DNA of 33,625 bases from Polyangiales bacterium. GTDB taxonomy: Bacteria > Myxococcota_A > Polyangia > Polyangiales > Houyiibacteriaceae. A program made the position numbers and the translations under genes. Where the stretch lies: positions 1-33,625 of the forward strand of contig JBGCFM010000274.1 of the NCBI GenBank assembly GCA_045106895.1. Reading direction: 5' to 3'. The notes beneath the pieces were generated by a model that was given only the letters and a program-made list of their open reading frames with translations, was not told the origin of the DNA and searched no databases. How positions within the stretch are numbered: position 1 is the first letter of the stretch; the number at the start of each line of letters is the position of its first letter. Of this stretch, positions 16,777-25,809 are shown piece by piece.

Positions 16777-18117
16777 CTACTCGACGACGACCTTGTAGAC
16801 GGTGCCGCTGAGGCTGATGATATAGAGTTCACCGAAGCCGTCTTCACCAAAGCTGCTGATGCCGCTCGCGAGGAACTCGTCGCGCACGACAGGTTCTGCG
16901 TCGTTGTCCCGGTCCATGGTCCACATCTGGTTGGAGCAGATGTCCGCGTAGAAGTAGAGACCCTGGATGTCTGTCAGACAGCTGCCGCGATAGACATAGC
17001 CGCCCGTGACGGAGCAAGCGCCGCCACTATGATCGTACTCTGCGATGGGCAGCTCGAGGCCGTCGCGATCACAGCTGTCCCCGCGCGGGTAGCAGCTGTT
17101 CCCTTCCATGGTGTTCCAGCCGTAGTTTTCGCCACCGACGGAGTCGGCGGGCTGGAAGTCGATCTCTTCGAGGCGGTTCTGACCGACGTCGCCGATGTAC
17201 ATATCGCCGTTGGACGCGTCGAAGGAGAAGCGCCATGGGTTTCGCAGGCCGTACGCCCAGATCTCTGGCCGAGGGTCGTCCTCGCCATTCGCGCTGTCGG
17301 CGTAGGGGTTGTCGCTGGGGATGGCGTACGGAGCGTCACCGTCGATGTCGATGCGAAGCATTGAACCCAAGAGCGTCGTGTTGTCCTGACCGTAGCCGTC
17401 TGGGTCGCCGCCGGAGCCGCCGTCGCCCATGCCGATGTAGAGGTATCCGTCGTTGGGACCGAAGGCGATCATGCCGCCGTTGTGGTTTCCGTAGGGCTGG
17501 CTGATCTCAAGGATTCGGCGTTCGTCCATCGCGGCGACATCGGCGCCACCGGCGGCGCCGTATTCAGCGATGATGGTGTCGCCGGAGCGTCGCTCCGAGT
17601 AGTGCACGAAGAAGCGACCGTTCGTCGCGTAGTCGGGGTGAAACGCGAGCCCGAGCAAGCCCTGCTCGTTGCCGCCGGACTCCACGCGGGAGCGAATGTC
17701 GAGGAACGGCGTGTCCTGAACGTCGCCGTCTTTGACGAGCTGAATGACGCCCGCCTGCTCCACGATGAAGAGACGTGGGTCCCGCGCGGGTGCGCCGACG
17801 AATACCGGGTTCTGCAGGCTGCGAGCGATGACCTCCGTGGCGAGCGTCGTGCCGGCCGTCGGATCGCAATGGGGGCCGGCGTCCGGACCGCCGTCGTTGC
17901 CAGCGTCCATCGGTCCAGCGTCGGGACCACCGTCGGGGCCTGGACCGCCATCGACAGATCCAGCATCGCCGGGGCCGGCGTCGCCGGCGTTTGCGTCGAC
18001 TCCGCCGTCGAAGGCTCCGGCATCCATGCCAGCGTCTGTGTCTTCAGGATCCGAAGGGCAGCCTGTCATCAAAGAGGCCGCCAAGATGGAGCCGAGAAAG
18101 TGGTTAAGACGATTCAT
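16777..18117 (-). CDS. PQQ-dependent sugar (glucose/sorbosone) dehydrogenase family lipoprotein
   Basis: Signal peptide and lipobox MNRLNHFLGSILAASLMTG|C, then a DAG-repeat linker. Motifs EQGLLGLAFHPDY, NHNGGMIAFGPNDGYLYIGMGDGGSGGDP, YGLRNPWRFSFD, GDVGQNRLEEID, SVTGGYVYRG, ISSFGED. Confidence 0.92.
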   Translation of the reverse strand: MNRLNHFLGSILAASLMTGCPSDPEDTDAGMDAGAFDGGVDANAGDAGPGDAGSVDGGPGPDGGPDAGPMDAGNDGGPDAGPHCDPTAGTTLATEVIARSLQNPVFVGAPARDPRLFIVEQAGVIQLVKDGDVQDTPFLDIRSRVESGGNEQGLLGLAFHPDYATNGRFFVHYSERRSGDTIIAEYGAAGGADVAAMDERRILEISQPYGNHNGGMIAFGPNDGYLYIGMGDGGSGGDPDGYGQDNTTLLGSMLRIDIDGDAPYAIPSDNPYADSANGEDDPRPEIWAYGLRNPWRFSFDASNGDMYIGDVGQNRLEEIDFQPADSVGGENYGWNTMEGNSCYPRGDSCDRDGLELPIAEYDHSGGACSVTGGYVYRGSCLTDIQGLYFYADICSNQMWTMDRDNDAEPVVRDEFLASGISSFGEDGFGELYIISLSGTVYKVVVE

Positions 18118-18167
18118 AGGCTGAACGCTACCACTCTCCACAGCGCCCGCCAGCCGCGCACGTGGGG

Positions 18168-20597
18168 CTAGCTGGTCATCATTTTCGAGAACTTCTCGTT
18201 GAGTGACGGGTCCGCTGAGAACTTCGCCGACCACGCGGACGCCACGGTGGCATACGACATCATATCGAGTCCGTATGCGCCGAGGGCACCCATCATGTCG
18301 CCGGTCTGCATTCGTTTCATGATGCCAACGTAGTCGCTGAGCTTCGCAACGGGCTGACCTGGGAACACCACGGGGTCCGCCTCTCCGGCATCTCCCGCCG
18401 CGACCTTACGCTGGGCTTCTTGCTGTTGGGCCATCCGTAGGTGCATGTCCATTTTCCCGTCGCGGATCTGATCCATGGCGGCGATCTCTTTGCCGGACAC
18501 GCCCATCTTGAGAAGCTGCATATTGCGCTGCATCTCGGCGAACATCTCCTGCAGAGTTCCATTGGCGTTGAGCGCTTCCTGCCACTCCTTGATGTAGAGC
18601 CCGTTCAATCCAAAGCGCCGCATCGCCGCTTGTTGCTCCTGAGGTTTGCCGATGGCCTTGTCCCGCTCGTAGCAATACTCCGCGTACTCCTGGAGCGTCA
18701 GCCCGCCAAAGCGTCGCTCGGGCTTTCGCGCACGGTTCTTGAGGTGCACTGTGGATTCGTACTCTTTCCGCCACCCATCGAGGGCAGCTTGGAGCTGCGG
18801 CGCGTGACCGCCGAGTCCTATCCAGAGGTGACAGAGCGGCGCCTCCCAGCTCGTGAAGCCCTCGGTTGGAATCTGCGTACGCAGCCACTGAAAGACCGAT
18901 TCGACTTCCCCTCGAAGCGCCGGGTTTGCGCGCGCGCGCCACGCCATCGCCACCAGCGCCGCATCGCTCAGCCAGTCCGAAGGTCCATACGCCATCGAGT
19001 AAAGCGCACCGCGACCTGGGGCCCCTTCCGCCCACTCTCCCATGTGCGACAACACCAACGCCGTGGCGACTTGGCAGCGGTAGGTCCAGTACACTCCGTC
19101 GAATTCTCCGTGTTCGGGCGGCAGCGGTGGGTCCGTCAGAACGCTCATGAATGCTGGGGTCCAGGCGACGGTCGCCTCGCTCGCGATCTTGTGAGCCGCG
19201 GCGTCCCAGGTCTCGACGCGAAACACCTGATCGGCGATGGAGGAGATGGCGGCCTGGGCGCGCGGGTCCGCCGAGGGCAGAACGCTCTTTGCGGACGTGT
19301 CGTCGTAAGCCCAGATCGAATGTGGCACCTGGGCCTTGGCGACGCGTGGGTCCGGCGATTGCACGTTCTCCGGAAGAACCCGAAGCGTCGCGCCGCCTCC
19401 GCCCAGCGCTCGAATCGCCACGTCAAAACCGAGCGCTACGCTCGGCGACTCCAGGTACGTACTGTGCAGATCAAAGCCTATATTGGCGCCCCGCCCACAG
19501 CACCGGAGCACATGACGAAGCTCGTCGCTGATAGCGATGGCGCCGGCGGCGGTGGCCTCGCCGGGCCCTGGAAGCGTGTTGTAGTAAGGCACCGGCGGGT
19601 CGACCTCGTTGGCCAAGGCGCGCGCCTGTCGATCCCACCAGCGCCGTTCGCGCATCCGAATGAGCGCCTGCTTGTCTTCCGTATTGCCGTCCGCGTGAAA
19701 GCGCATGTAGTGGAGCGCGACGACGGCGCGCTGCAAACCCGGTTCGATATCGAGCACTGTCTTTAGGGCGCTGAGGGCTTCTTCGCTCTTCTTCAGATCG
19801 AAGAACGTCCACGCCACATCGTAGAGCGGTCCTCCGCGGCTCGGCTCCAGTTGAATCGCTTGATTCGCAAGCTTGAGCGCCTCGTCGGGGTTCTTCGCGT
19901 CACACCAAGCGGCAACCGTCGCCGCTAGCATCCGCCAGTTGCTGGGGAAGCGTTTCGAGCCTTCGAGGGCGACCTGGAGCGCCGCTTGGGGGTCGCCGAG
20001 GCGTCGACGAATCATCGCTTCGCTGGAGTAGAGAAAGACCTCGCCGGGGAATGAGCCACGCGCCGTGGCAAAGATCTCGGCTGCCGCGCGGACGTTCGGG
20101 ATCCGTCGATCACCCGCGTCCGGCTCCGAAGGAACTTCAAGGCTCAAGCGGAGCGCGGGGCCCAAGAGCAGACCGCTCACCTTTTCGAATCCGAGGCTCT
20201 GCATGAGCGAGGCGCTGAGCCACTGACGGCCCCACTCGAGATAAGCCAAGTCCGGCGCAACGGAGATACACGCGCCAAGTAGGTCGAGGGCCTGCTCCTG
20301 TTTGCCCTGCTGATGAAAGATGCGCGCGCGGACCGCAGCCGTGGCGACGTGAACACTTCCCGTCGCCGCGGGCACAAGCGTCAGTGGCTCTGGCGTCGAC
20401 GCGCACAATTCATCCACAAGGGCAAGGTACTCGCCGTCGTTGGGGAAGAGCATGAGCGCATCGCACGCGTAGAGCATCGCGCTGATGAGCTCGCCTCGAG
20501 CCTTCGCAGCGCCGGTATCGGACTTGAGCTTTTGCGCCAGCGCCCGGCGCTCGTTTTCACCAAATGGAAGATTCTCGAGCTTGAGCTTTGAAGTCAT
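18168..20597 (-). CDS. TPR-containing protein with two C-terminal helical repeats (DUF6620-like)
   Basis: TPR-like helices (ARIFHQQGKQEQALDLL, AKNPDEALKLANQAIQLEP, KKSEEALSALKTVLDIEP). C-terminal repeats GLTLQEYAEY..FGL..W..AL and AKLSDYVGI..YGL..W..KFSADP. Confidence 0.7.
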   Translation of the reverse strand: MTSKLKLENLPFGENERRALAQKLKSDTGAAKARGELISAMLYACDALMLFPNDGEYLALVDELCASTPEPLTLVPAATGSVHVATAAVRARIFHQQGKQEQALDLLGACISVAPDLAYLEWGRQWLSASLMQSLGFEKVSGLLLGPALRLSLEVPSEPDAGDRRIPNVRAAAEIFATARGSFPGEVFLYSSEAMIRRRLGDPQAALQVALEGSKRFPSNWRMLAATVAAWCDAKNPDEALKLANQAIQLEPSRGGPLYDVAWTFFDLKKSEEALSALKTVLDIEPGLQRAVVALHYMRFHADGNTEDKQALIRMRERRWWDRQARALANEVDPPVPYYNTLPGPGEATAAGAIAISDELRHVLRCCGRGANIGFDLHSTYLESPSVALGFDVAIRALGGGGATLRVLPENVQSPDPRVAKAQVPHSIWAYDDTSAKSVLPSADPRAQAAISSIADQVFRVETWDAAAHKIASEATVAWTPAFMSVLTDPPLPPEHGEFDGVYWTYRCQVATALVLSHMGEWAEGAPGRGALYSMAYGPSDWLSDAALVAMAWRARANPALRGEVESVFQWLRTQIPTEGFTSWEAPLCHLWIGLGGHAPQLQAALDGWRKEYESTVHLKNRARKPERRFGGLTLQEYAEYCYERDKAIGKPQEQQAAMRRFGLNGLYIKEWQEALNANGTLQEMFAEMQRNMQLLKMGVSGKEIAAMDQIRDGKMDMHLRMAQQQEAQRKVAAGDAGEADPVVFPGQPVAKLSDYVGIMKRMQTGDMMGALGAYGLDMMSYATVASAWSAKFSADPSLNEKFSKMMTS

Positions 20598-20676
20598 GCC
20601 CGCAGAGTCGGCGAAGGCTCAGCGAATCTCAATACGTCCGCCGCGGAAAAGCTCACTCCATTTGTGGTGGGCGTGC

Positions 20677-21210
20677 TCACTCTTCTGGGAAACGAGCCCC
20701 GAGCTTCATCTCTGCTTTCATCTTCCAGTCGCTGGTGCGGGGAAACGCGATCAGCGTCGCGACGAACGCGATACCGCAGAGGCCCACGCTGATAGGAAGC
20801 GGTGTTCCAAAAGCAACGAACCCAACGAGACCGAAGAGCGCAGCACCTTCACCGAGAGCGAGGCGTACAACGAAGCGCGTGAAGTGCGCGCCAATGAACT
20901 TCTGTCGTGCGTCTTTCGGGTCCGCAAGAACCGTCTCTTTGGCGAAGACTCCGTCGACTTCTTTTGTGGGCGACGAGATCTTCGGAAACGGCATCAAGCG
21001 CGGAACGAAGACCGACGCGGCGAGGTCGACCAAACCGATCGCGGGAAAGATGTAGGCCATGACGCTCGCGCTCGGCGCCAGGTTTCCCAGAATTCCGCTG
21101 GCCATCAACCCTCCGATGATGAGGCAAGACATCGCGATAGCGACACAGACGATTCGAGGCATCATCAAGGAAGTCGTCCACGTTGACCAATCGGGTCTAT
21201 TCTGGCTCAT
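20677..21210 (-). CDS. Hypothetical membrane protein (about 4 TM)
   Basis: ATG 21210 has GGGAG upstream. Four hydrophobic helices and an RLALGEGAALFGLV motif. Confidence 0.7.
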   Translation of the reverse strand: MSQNRPDWSTWTTSLMMPRIVCVAIAMSCLIIGGLMASGILGNLAPSASVMAYIFPAIGLVDLAASVFVPRLMPFPKISSPTKEVDGVFAKETVLADPKDARQKFIGAHFTRFVVRLALGEGAALFGLVGFVAFGTPLPISVGLCGIAFVATLIAFPRTSDWKMKAEMKLGARFPEE

Positions 21211-21305
21211 CCCGGTAGCGTCTCCCGAGGTGACTGGAACGGCAAGCTTCAGGAGGAACACGAGCCCGTTCGACCGAGCGCTCCCTAGCCTCTACGCTCC
21301 GGAGC

Positions 21306-21650
21306 ATGAGCGACGAGCTGCCACCTTGCCCGAAATGTAAGTGCGAATACACCTATCCGGACGGCTCCCTCTGGGTCTGCCCTGAGTGTGCGCATGAGTG
21401 GTCTCCGAGCGCCGCCGCCGAGGACGAGGACGAGGAGCAGGTCATTGTCGACTCCGTCGGGAACGTACTTCAGGACGGCGATGACGTCGTCGTCGTCAAG
21501 ACGCTGAAGGTCAAAGGGGCCAGCGGGCCGCTGAAGATCGGAACGAAGGTAAAGAACATCCGCCTCGTCGACGGAGACCACGACATCGACTGCAAGATTC
21601 CTGGCTTTGGCGCGATGAAGCTCAAGAGCTCGATCGTAAAGAAGGCCTGA
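21306..21650 (+). CDS. yjdM: PhnA/YjdM zinc-ribbon protein
   Basis: [85 protein letters not shown]. Confidence 0.95.
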   Translation: MSDELPPCPKCKCEYTYPDGSLWVCPECAHEWSPSAAAEDEDEEQVIVDSVGNVLQDGDDVVVVKTLKVKGASGPLKIGTKVKNIRLVDGDHDIDCKIPGFGAMKLKSSIVKKA

Positions 21651-21753
21651 CGCCGGGCGAAGGAGCGCGAAGTTCCGCACAGGGGGACGAATCGCGGCAC
21701 CGTTTTTTTTTTTGCGGGAGGGGTTCACAGCAGGTCGCGGGTGATTACTTCTT

Positions 21754-21826
21754 GGGAGACGCAGCGGCGGCCTCTTCGGCAAGCCCTGCGGAAACTGGCT
21801 CCCCTCTTCTATTGAAAGGAACACCC
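21754..21826 (+). promoter_or_regulatory. Structured 5' leader of hsp20 pair, candidate RNA thermometer
   Basis: Nested pairings GGGAG/CTCCC, CGCAG/CTGCG and GCC/GGC. A weak stem CCT(C)TTC-TATT-GAAAGG would sequester the SD. Confidence 0.4.
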
Positions 21827-22276
21827 ATGTTTGCATCGTATCGAACCAGGCCCCGCGGGGTACTGAGAGCGCACTCCTTCGCGAGCGACCTCTCACGCGA
21901 AATGGACCGCCTCGTCTCTTCCCTCGCGCAAGACGCAGTCCCAAAAGCGAGTCCGTTTCAGGACGAAGGAGACTTCCTCGCCTTCTCGATTCCTACACCA
22001 GGTTTCAGCGACGCCGACCTTGAGATCACTGCGACACCGGACGAACTGCAAATCACCGGACAGCGCAAAGACAAGGAACTCGAAGGCTACTCGGCCCGTC
22101 ACCGCGAGCGCGGCGCGTTGAACTTCTCACAGAAGCACCCGCTCCCATGTCGCGTCAACGCCGACGAAATTCGCGCGACGCTTCGAGACGGCATCCTCCG
22201 AATCGAGCTGCCGAAAACCGGCGAGGAAGCGCGACGAACGATTCAGATCAGCGCAAAAAAGCGCGCCCAAAACTAG
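21827..22276 (+). CDS. Small heat shock protein, Hsp20/alpha-crystallin family (1 of 2)
   Basis: AAAGGA RBS before ATG 21827. PGFSDADLEI..ITGQRK..RHRERG..F..LPCRVNADEIRATLRDGILRIELPK. Confidence 0.93.
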   Translation: MFASYRTRPRGVLRAHSFASDLSREMDRLVSSLAQDAVPKASPFQDEGDFLAFSIPTPGFSDADLEITATPDELQITGQRKDKELEGYSARHRERGALNFSQKHPLPCRVNADEIRATLRDGILRIELPKTGEEARRTIQISAKKRAQN

Positions 22277-22303
22277 AACACAGTCAGGAAAGGAGACACA
22301 CCC

Positions 22304-22669
22304 ATGCAGGTCGAAACGAATACTCCCACCCAACAACGGAACGAGGTCCGCGCGAGCGCGCCACTCATCGAGCGCCGTGTTGTTCCTCCCATCGATGTCT
22401 ACGAGAACGAAGATGAGTTCGTGCTCATTGCGGACGTTCCAGGTCTCGGTGAAGACAATCTGGAGCTCGCTTTTGAGAAGGACGTGCTCAGTATTCAAGG
22501 TCGCGCGGAGCTCTTTGGCGCGGCGATGCAATACAAGCGCGCCATCGCGATCCCTGAGACCGTGAACTCACAAGCCATCGACGCTTCCCTCGAGCATGGC
22601 GTCCTGCGAGTTCGTCTGCCGAAACGCGCAGAGCTCAAGCCGCGACGCATCAAGGTTCGGGCTAGCTAG
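22304..22669 (+). CDS. Small heat shock protein, Hsp20/alpha-crystallin family (2 of 2)
   Basis: AAGGAG RBS. PPIDVYENEDEFVLIADVPG..IDASLEHGVLRVRLPK..KPRRIKV. Confidence 0.94.
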   Translation: MQVETNTPTQQRNEVRASAPLIERRVVPPIDVYENEDEFVLIADVPGLGEDNLELAFEKDVLSIQGRAELFGAAMQYKRAIAIPETVNSQAIDASLEHGVLRVRLPKRAELKPRRIKVRAS

Positions 22670-23145
22670 CCTTCATGATGGGCGAGAATGAGCGCCTCTC
22701 GAAGCGCTAGAATGCGAGCCGCACCCCAGTTCGCTTCGGCGGCGCTCAGATGCCCAGCGAGCCACTTGCTCGCTGCCTGAGGGTCCCCGAAAACCTTCAT
22801 TGGTTTCTCGCCGCGGGCTCCGCGAATTAGCAGGAGCCCGCCCAAAAAGGCGCGCGTCGCGGAGCCCTTCAGGCCGGGCAACTCGATGCAATGCGCGATC
22901 CCAACACCATAGTAGTCGCGGGTGATTCGCTCTGCGATGGCGCGGACTTCGGGGGTGAATATGGGCGTGCCCTCAAGGACGAACTGCACATACGCGGTCT
23001 TGCCTTTCAGCTGCTCTTCCCGAGCGGCGGAGATGCGGTCGATGACCAGCATTTGCTCCCTCGTCGGAGCGTTCCACCAGCACAGCACTAAGAGCGCGCC
23101 ATCGGCTCCCACACAGAGGGTGTCATCGCTGTATTCGATCTCCAA
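22666..23145 (-). CDS. Hypothetical STAS/SEC14-like protein of the myxobacterial type; start uncertain (TTG 23145 or ATG 23196)
   Basis: LLVLCWWNAPT..PEVRA..AHCIELPGLKGSATRAFLGGL..PMKVFGDPQAASKWL pattern. Confidence 0.6.
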   Translation of the reverse strand: MEIEYSDDTLCVGADGALLVLCWWNAPTREQMLVIDRISAAREEQLKGKTAYVQFVLEGTPIFTPEVRAIAERITRDYYGVGIAHCIELPGLKGSATRAFLGGLLLIRGARGEKPMKVFGDPQAASKWLAGHLSAAEANWGAARILALREALILAHHEG

Positions 23146-23179
23146 CAGAGCAGCTAGTCTACACGGAGTGAAGAAGGTG

Positions 23180-23860
23180 GTGAATAGGGTCCTCATTCAA
23201 GAGGTACGAAGCGCTCTCGCCGCCCAAGGCGATGCAGGCGATGCGAAGTCGATGCAGGCATATATGAAGTCGGAGATGCCCAGCTATGGCGTCAAAGCCA
23301 AAGCGATGCGCGCCATCCTCAAAAACGCCATCGGCGCCCAGAGACTCGACTGGGACGAAGTCCGCGACACCGCCTTGGCCCTCTGGGACGGCGCCACGCA
23401 CCGCGAAGAGCGGCACGCCGCCATCGAGCTGACCGGGCTCTCACGTCACAAGAAGCACCTCGTCCGAGCGGAGCTTCCGCTCTTCGAGCACATGATCCGA
23501 AGCGGCGCGTGGTGGGACTTCGTCGACGTCATCGCAACACATCGCATCCGCGTGATGCTCGACAACGACGAGCGCGCCATGACTCCAGTGATTCGAAGGT
23601 GGGCCAAAGACGAAGACGTGTGGATTCGGCGCGCCGCCATCATCTGCCAGAATCTTCGCAAGGCACGAACAGACCAGAAGCTCCTCGCCGATTGCATCAA
23701 GGCCAATCTCAAACGCGACGAGTTCTGGTTGCGCAAAGCCATCGGCTGGGCGCTCAGACACCACGCTCGCACCGACGCCGACTGGGTCGTGTCATTCGTC
23801 GACGAACACGTCGACACGCTCAGCGCGCTCTCGAAAAAAGAAGCCCTCAAGCACCTTTAG
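23180..23860 (+). CDS. DNA alkylation repair protein (AlkD-like HEAT-repeat glycosylase family); start among GTGs at 23168/23177/23180
   Basis: MQAYMKSEMPSYGV, LWDGATHREERHAA, WWDFVD, WIRRAAIICQ, EFWLRKAIGWALR, LSKKEALKHL. Confidence 0.9.
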   Translation: MNRVLIQEVRSALAAQGDAGDAKSMQAYMKSEMPSYGVKAKAMRAILKNAIGAQRLDWDEVRDTALALWDGATHREERHAAIELTGLSRHKKHLVRAELPLFEHMIRSGAWWDFVDVIATHRIRVMLDNDERAMTPVIRRWAKDEDVWIRRAAIICQNLRKARTDQKLLADCIKANLKRDEFWLRKAIGWALRHHARTDADWVVSFVDEHVDTLSALSKKEALKHL

Positions 23861-25688
23861 TCGAGACGTCGCCCAAAGCGCGGTGCTGGTAAAGCACCCC
23901 GTCTTCAAAGCCGAGCTTGCGGTAGTAGGCGCGTGTGCCCACGGACGAGATCACGGCCATCGACGAGAACCCCTCAGCCCTCGCTTGAGCGCATGCCTCT
24001 TCGATGAGCCCGCGCCCGAGGCCCATGTGCTGTGGCGCGCCTCCCTTTCGTTTCCCGACGGACACGGCGCGCCCGTAGATATGAACTTCGCGAATCACCG
24101 CGGAGCCACCGAGCTCGCCAACGAAGGACGGGCTTTTTGGCAACGAGAGCCGCAGGAACCCAGCGATCTTATCTTCGGCGGTAACCCACTCCAAGAAGCG
24201 TTCTTCCGACGTGCTCGTCTCGTAGGCACTGGATTTCAGGCTCAGGTCGCTGACGCGGAGCGCGCGGTCCCGCACTTCGCGAGAGCGGATCTCGACGCTC
24301 TGACCTGCGTTGGCGGCTTCGACATCTTGCCGAAGGTTTCCGCGCCGACTTCCAATGACAATGTCCGTCGCCGGGATGTCGCGGATCATTCGCGTGATGC
24401 GGCAGTAGCGCGGCGTTGCGCGCACGACATGCCCGAGGACATCGAGGAGCTCTGCGGAGGAGTAGGGAGCCCAGCTGCCGTCCTCGTAAGACACCATCAG
24501 CTCGGCGCTCTCCACGAGCGAGCAAGGATAGACCTTCAGCTCATCGGGCATGAAGCGGGGGTCTGTGGTGACTTTGAGGAAGTCCGCTTTGTCGAGCTCA
24601 GGGTTTGAACCCTTTAGGTTCAACATCCAATGGGCGTGAATCTTGAAGCCTGCTTGGCGCAAGAGCCCCACAGTCTGCGCAGCCGATGCCACGCTATGGC
24701 CGCGCTTGTTCAGATCGAGGACCTCGTCGTTGAGGCTCTGAAAACCGATCTGGACTTTCGTCGCGCCGAGGCGCCGGAGGCGAAGCACCTCATCTTCGGT
24801 GACGTGGTCCGGCCGCGTCTCCATGACGATGCCGACGGCCCGCTGCTTGGCCTCTTCGTTGAGTCGTTGGGCCTCTTCGAGCTCTTCCCAACTTGCGTCT
24901 TCGTGAGACGCCGCGACGGAACCATTCTGCAAGGTCTTCAGACGCCGCGAGACGATCTTGTTGTACGTCTCCGCGCCAGCGACGCCCAGCGTACGTCCTT
25001 CGAAGTGCCGCGAGAGCGCGGCGAAGGGTCGCTCGTTCGTCTTCGGCGTCTCGCTTCCGTCGAACTCGTTGAGCGCGTCAAAGCACCGCTTCACAAACCA
25101 CCGCTGATACGACTCCGGGTAGTACGACCAGGTGCCGCCGAGAACGATGAGCTCGATTTTGCTGAGGGAATGACCCATCGCGTGGAACGCGAAGAGCCGC
25201 ACCCAGGTTTGAATATAGGGATCGAAGTCGTTGTCTTCGGCGCGCTGCGCCGCCGGCTCATCCGAGAGATAGCTCTTCGGCATCCGTACGTCGTTCGGGC
25301 AGAAGATGCACTTACCCGGGCATGGAAACGGCTTCGTCAAAACCGTCAGGGGCGTCACGCCGCTCTGAGTCCGGGTGGGTCGAAAGCGCAGCCGCTCGAT
25401 GAGCTCCATTTCGGAGATCACGCGGTCTTCCTCGCGTTGAAACGCGCGATAGCCCGCGAGAATGTGCGACTTGCCAAAGAAACCACCGCTGACGCGCGTG
25501 TGCGTCTGGAGGAGCTTCTGCATGTCCGGCTCAGCCACGGCACCATGCTCGTCCGTCGGTGCAGTCGCGATGGCGGCGACGAGGTTCACCAGAGTTGGCA
25601 ACGATTCCTCGATCTCTACTTGAGAGAACGGGGGCCTCGTGCGGCGCGCCGGAGCGCGCTCTTTGGTGCTGACGTAGGGGTCCTTCAC
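23847..25688 (-). CDS. elp3: Elp3-type tRNA U34 modification enzyme (radical SAM + GNAT)
   Basis: RTQSGVTPLTVLTKPFPCPGKCIFCP..MPKSYLSDEP, LGGT, ETRPD, LKVYPC, RMIRDIP, IRSREV, GFLRL, IREVHIYG, QHMGLG, ISSVGTRAYYRKLGF. Confidence 0.93.
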   Translation of the reverse strand: MKDPYVSTKERAPARRTRPPFSQVEIEESLPTLVNLVAAIATAPTDEHGAVAEPDMQKLLQTHTRVSGGFFGKSHILAGYRAFQREEDRVISEMELIERLRFRPTRTQSGVTPLTVLTKPFPCPGKCIFCPNDVRMPKSYLSDEPAAQRAEDNDFDPYIQTWVRLFAFHAMGHSLSKIELIVLGGTWSYYPESYQRWFVKRCFDALNEFDGSETPKTNERPFAALSRHFEGRTLGVAGAETYNKIVSRRLKTLQNGSVAASHEDASWEELEEAQRLNEEAKQRAVGIVMETRPDHVTEDEVLRLRRLGATKVQIGFQSLNDEVLDLNKRGHSVASAAQTVGLLRQAGFKIHAHWMLNLKGSNPELDKADFLKVTTDPRFMPDELKVYPCSLVESAELMVSYEDGSWAPYSSAELLDVLGHVVRATPRYCRITRMIRDIPATDIVIGSRRGNLRQDVEAANAGQSVEIRSREVRDRALRVSDLSLKSSAYETSTSEERFLEWVTAEDKIAGFLRLSLPKSPSFVGELGGSAVIREVHIYGRAVSVGKRKGGAPQHMGLGRGLIEEACAQARAEGFSSMAVISSVGTRAYYRKLGFEDGVLYQHRALGDVSTKGA

Positions 25689-25738
25689 CGCGCGAGTGTG
25701 AACCAGCCTGCTTGATTCGGCCAGGCCCGGCAGAAGAC

Positions 25739-25774
25739 AAAAGAAAACCCGCCGGACCCAAGGGTCTCGGCGGG
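25739..25774 (-). terminator. Rho-independent terminator of the OmpA gene
   Basis: CCCGCCG-GACC(CAAG)GGTC-T-CGGCGGG stem followed on the minus strand by TTTTCTTTT, 35 nt after the OmpA stop. Confidence 0.85.
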
Positions 25775-25809
25775 CTCTTCGTCAAGCGCGTAGCGCTGAC
25801 TCACTCAGC

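Noticed and set aside
21696..21715. GGCAC...TTGC resembling a sigma54 -24/-12 promoter
   Set aside because: GG-to-GC spacing is 16 nt rather than the required 10.
21812..21830. TTGAAA...CCCATGT resembling a sigma32 promoter
   Set aside because: The spacer is far too short; these bases are the SD and start codon of hsp20.
15211..25688. 'Stress island' (yghU, yjdM, hsp20 x2, alkD-like, elp3)
   Set aside because: Mixed orientations, unrelated genes interspersed, and no shared motif or mobility signature.
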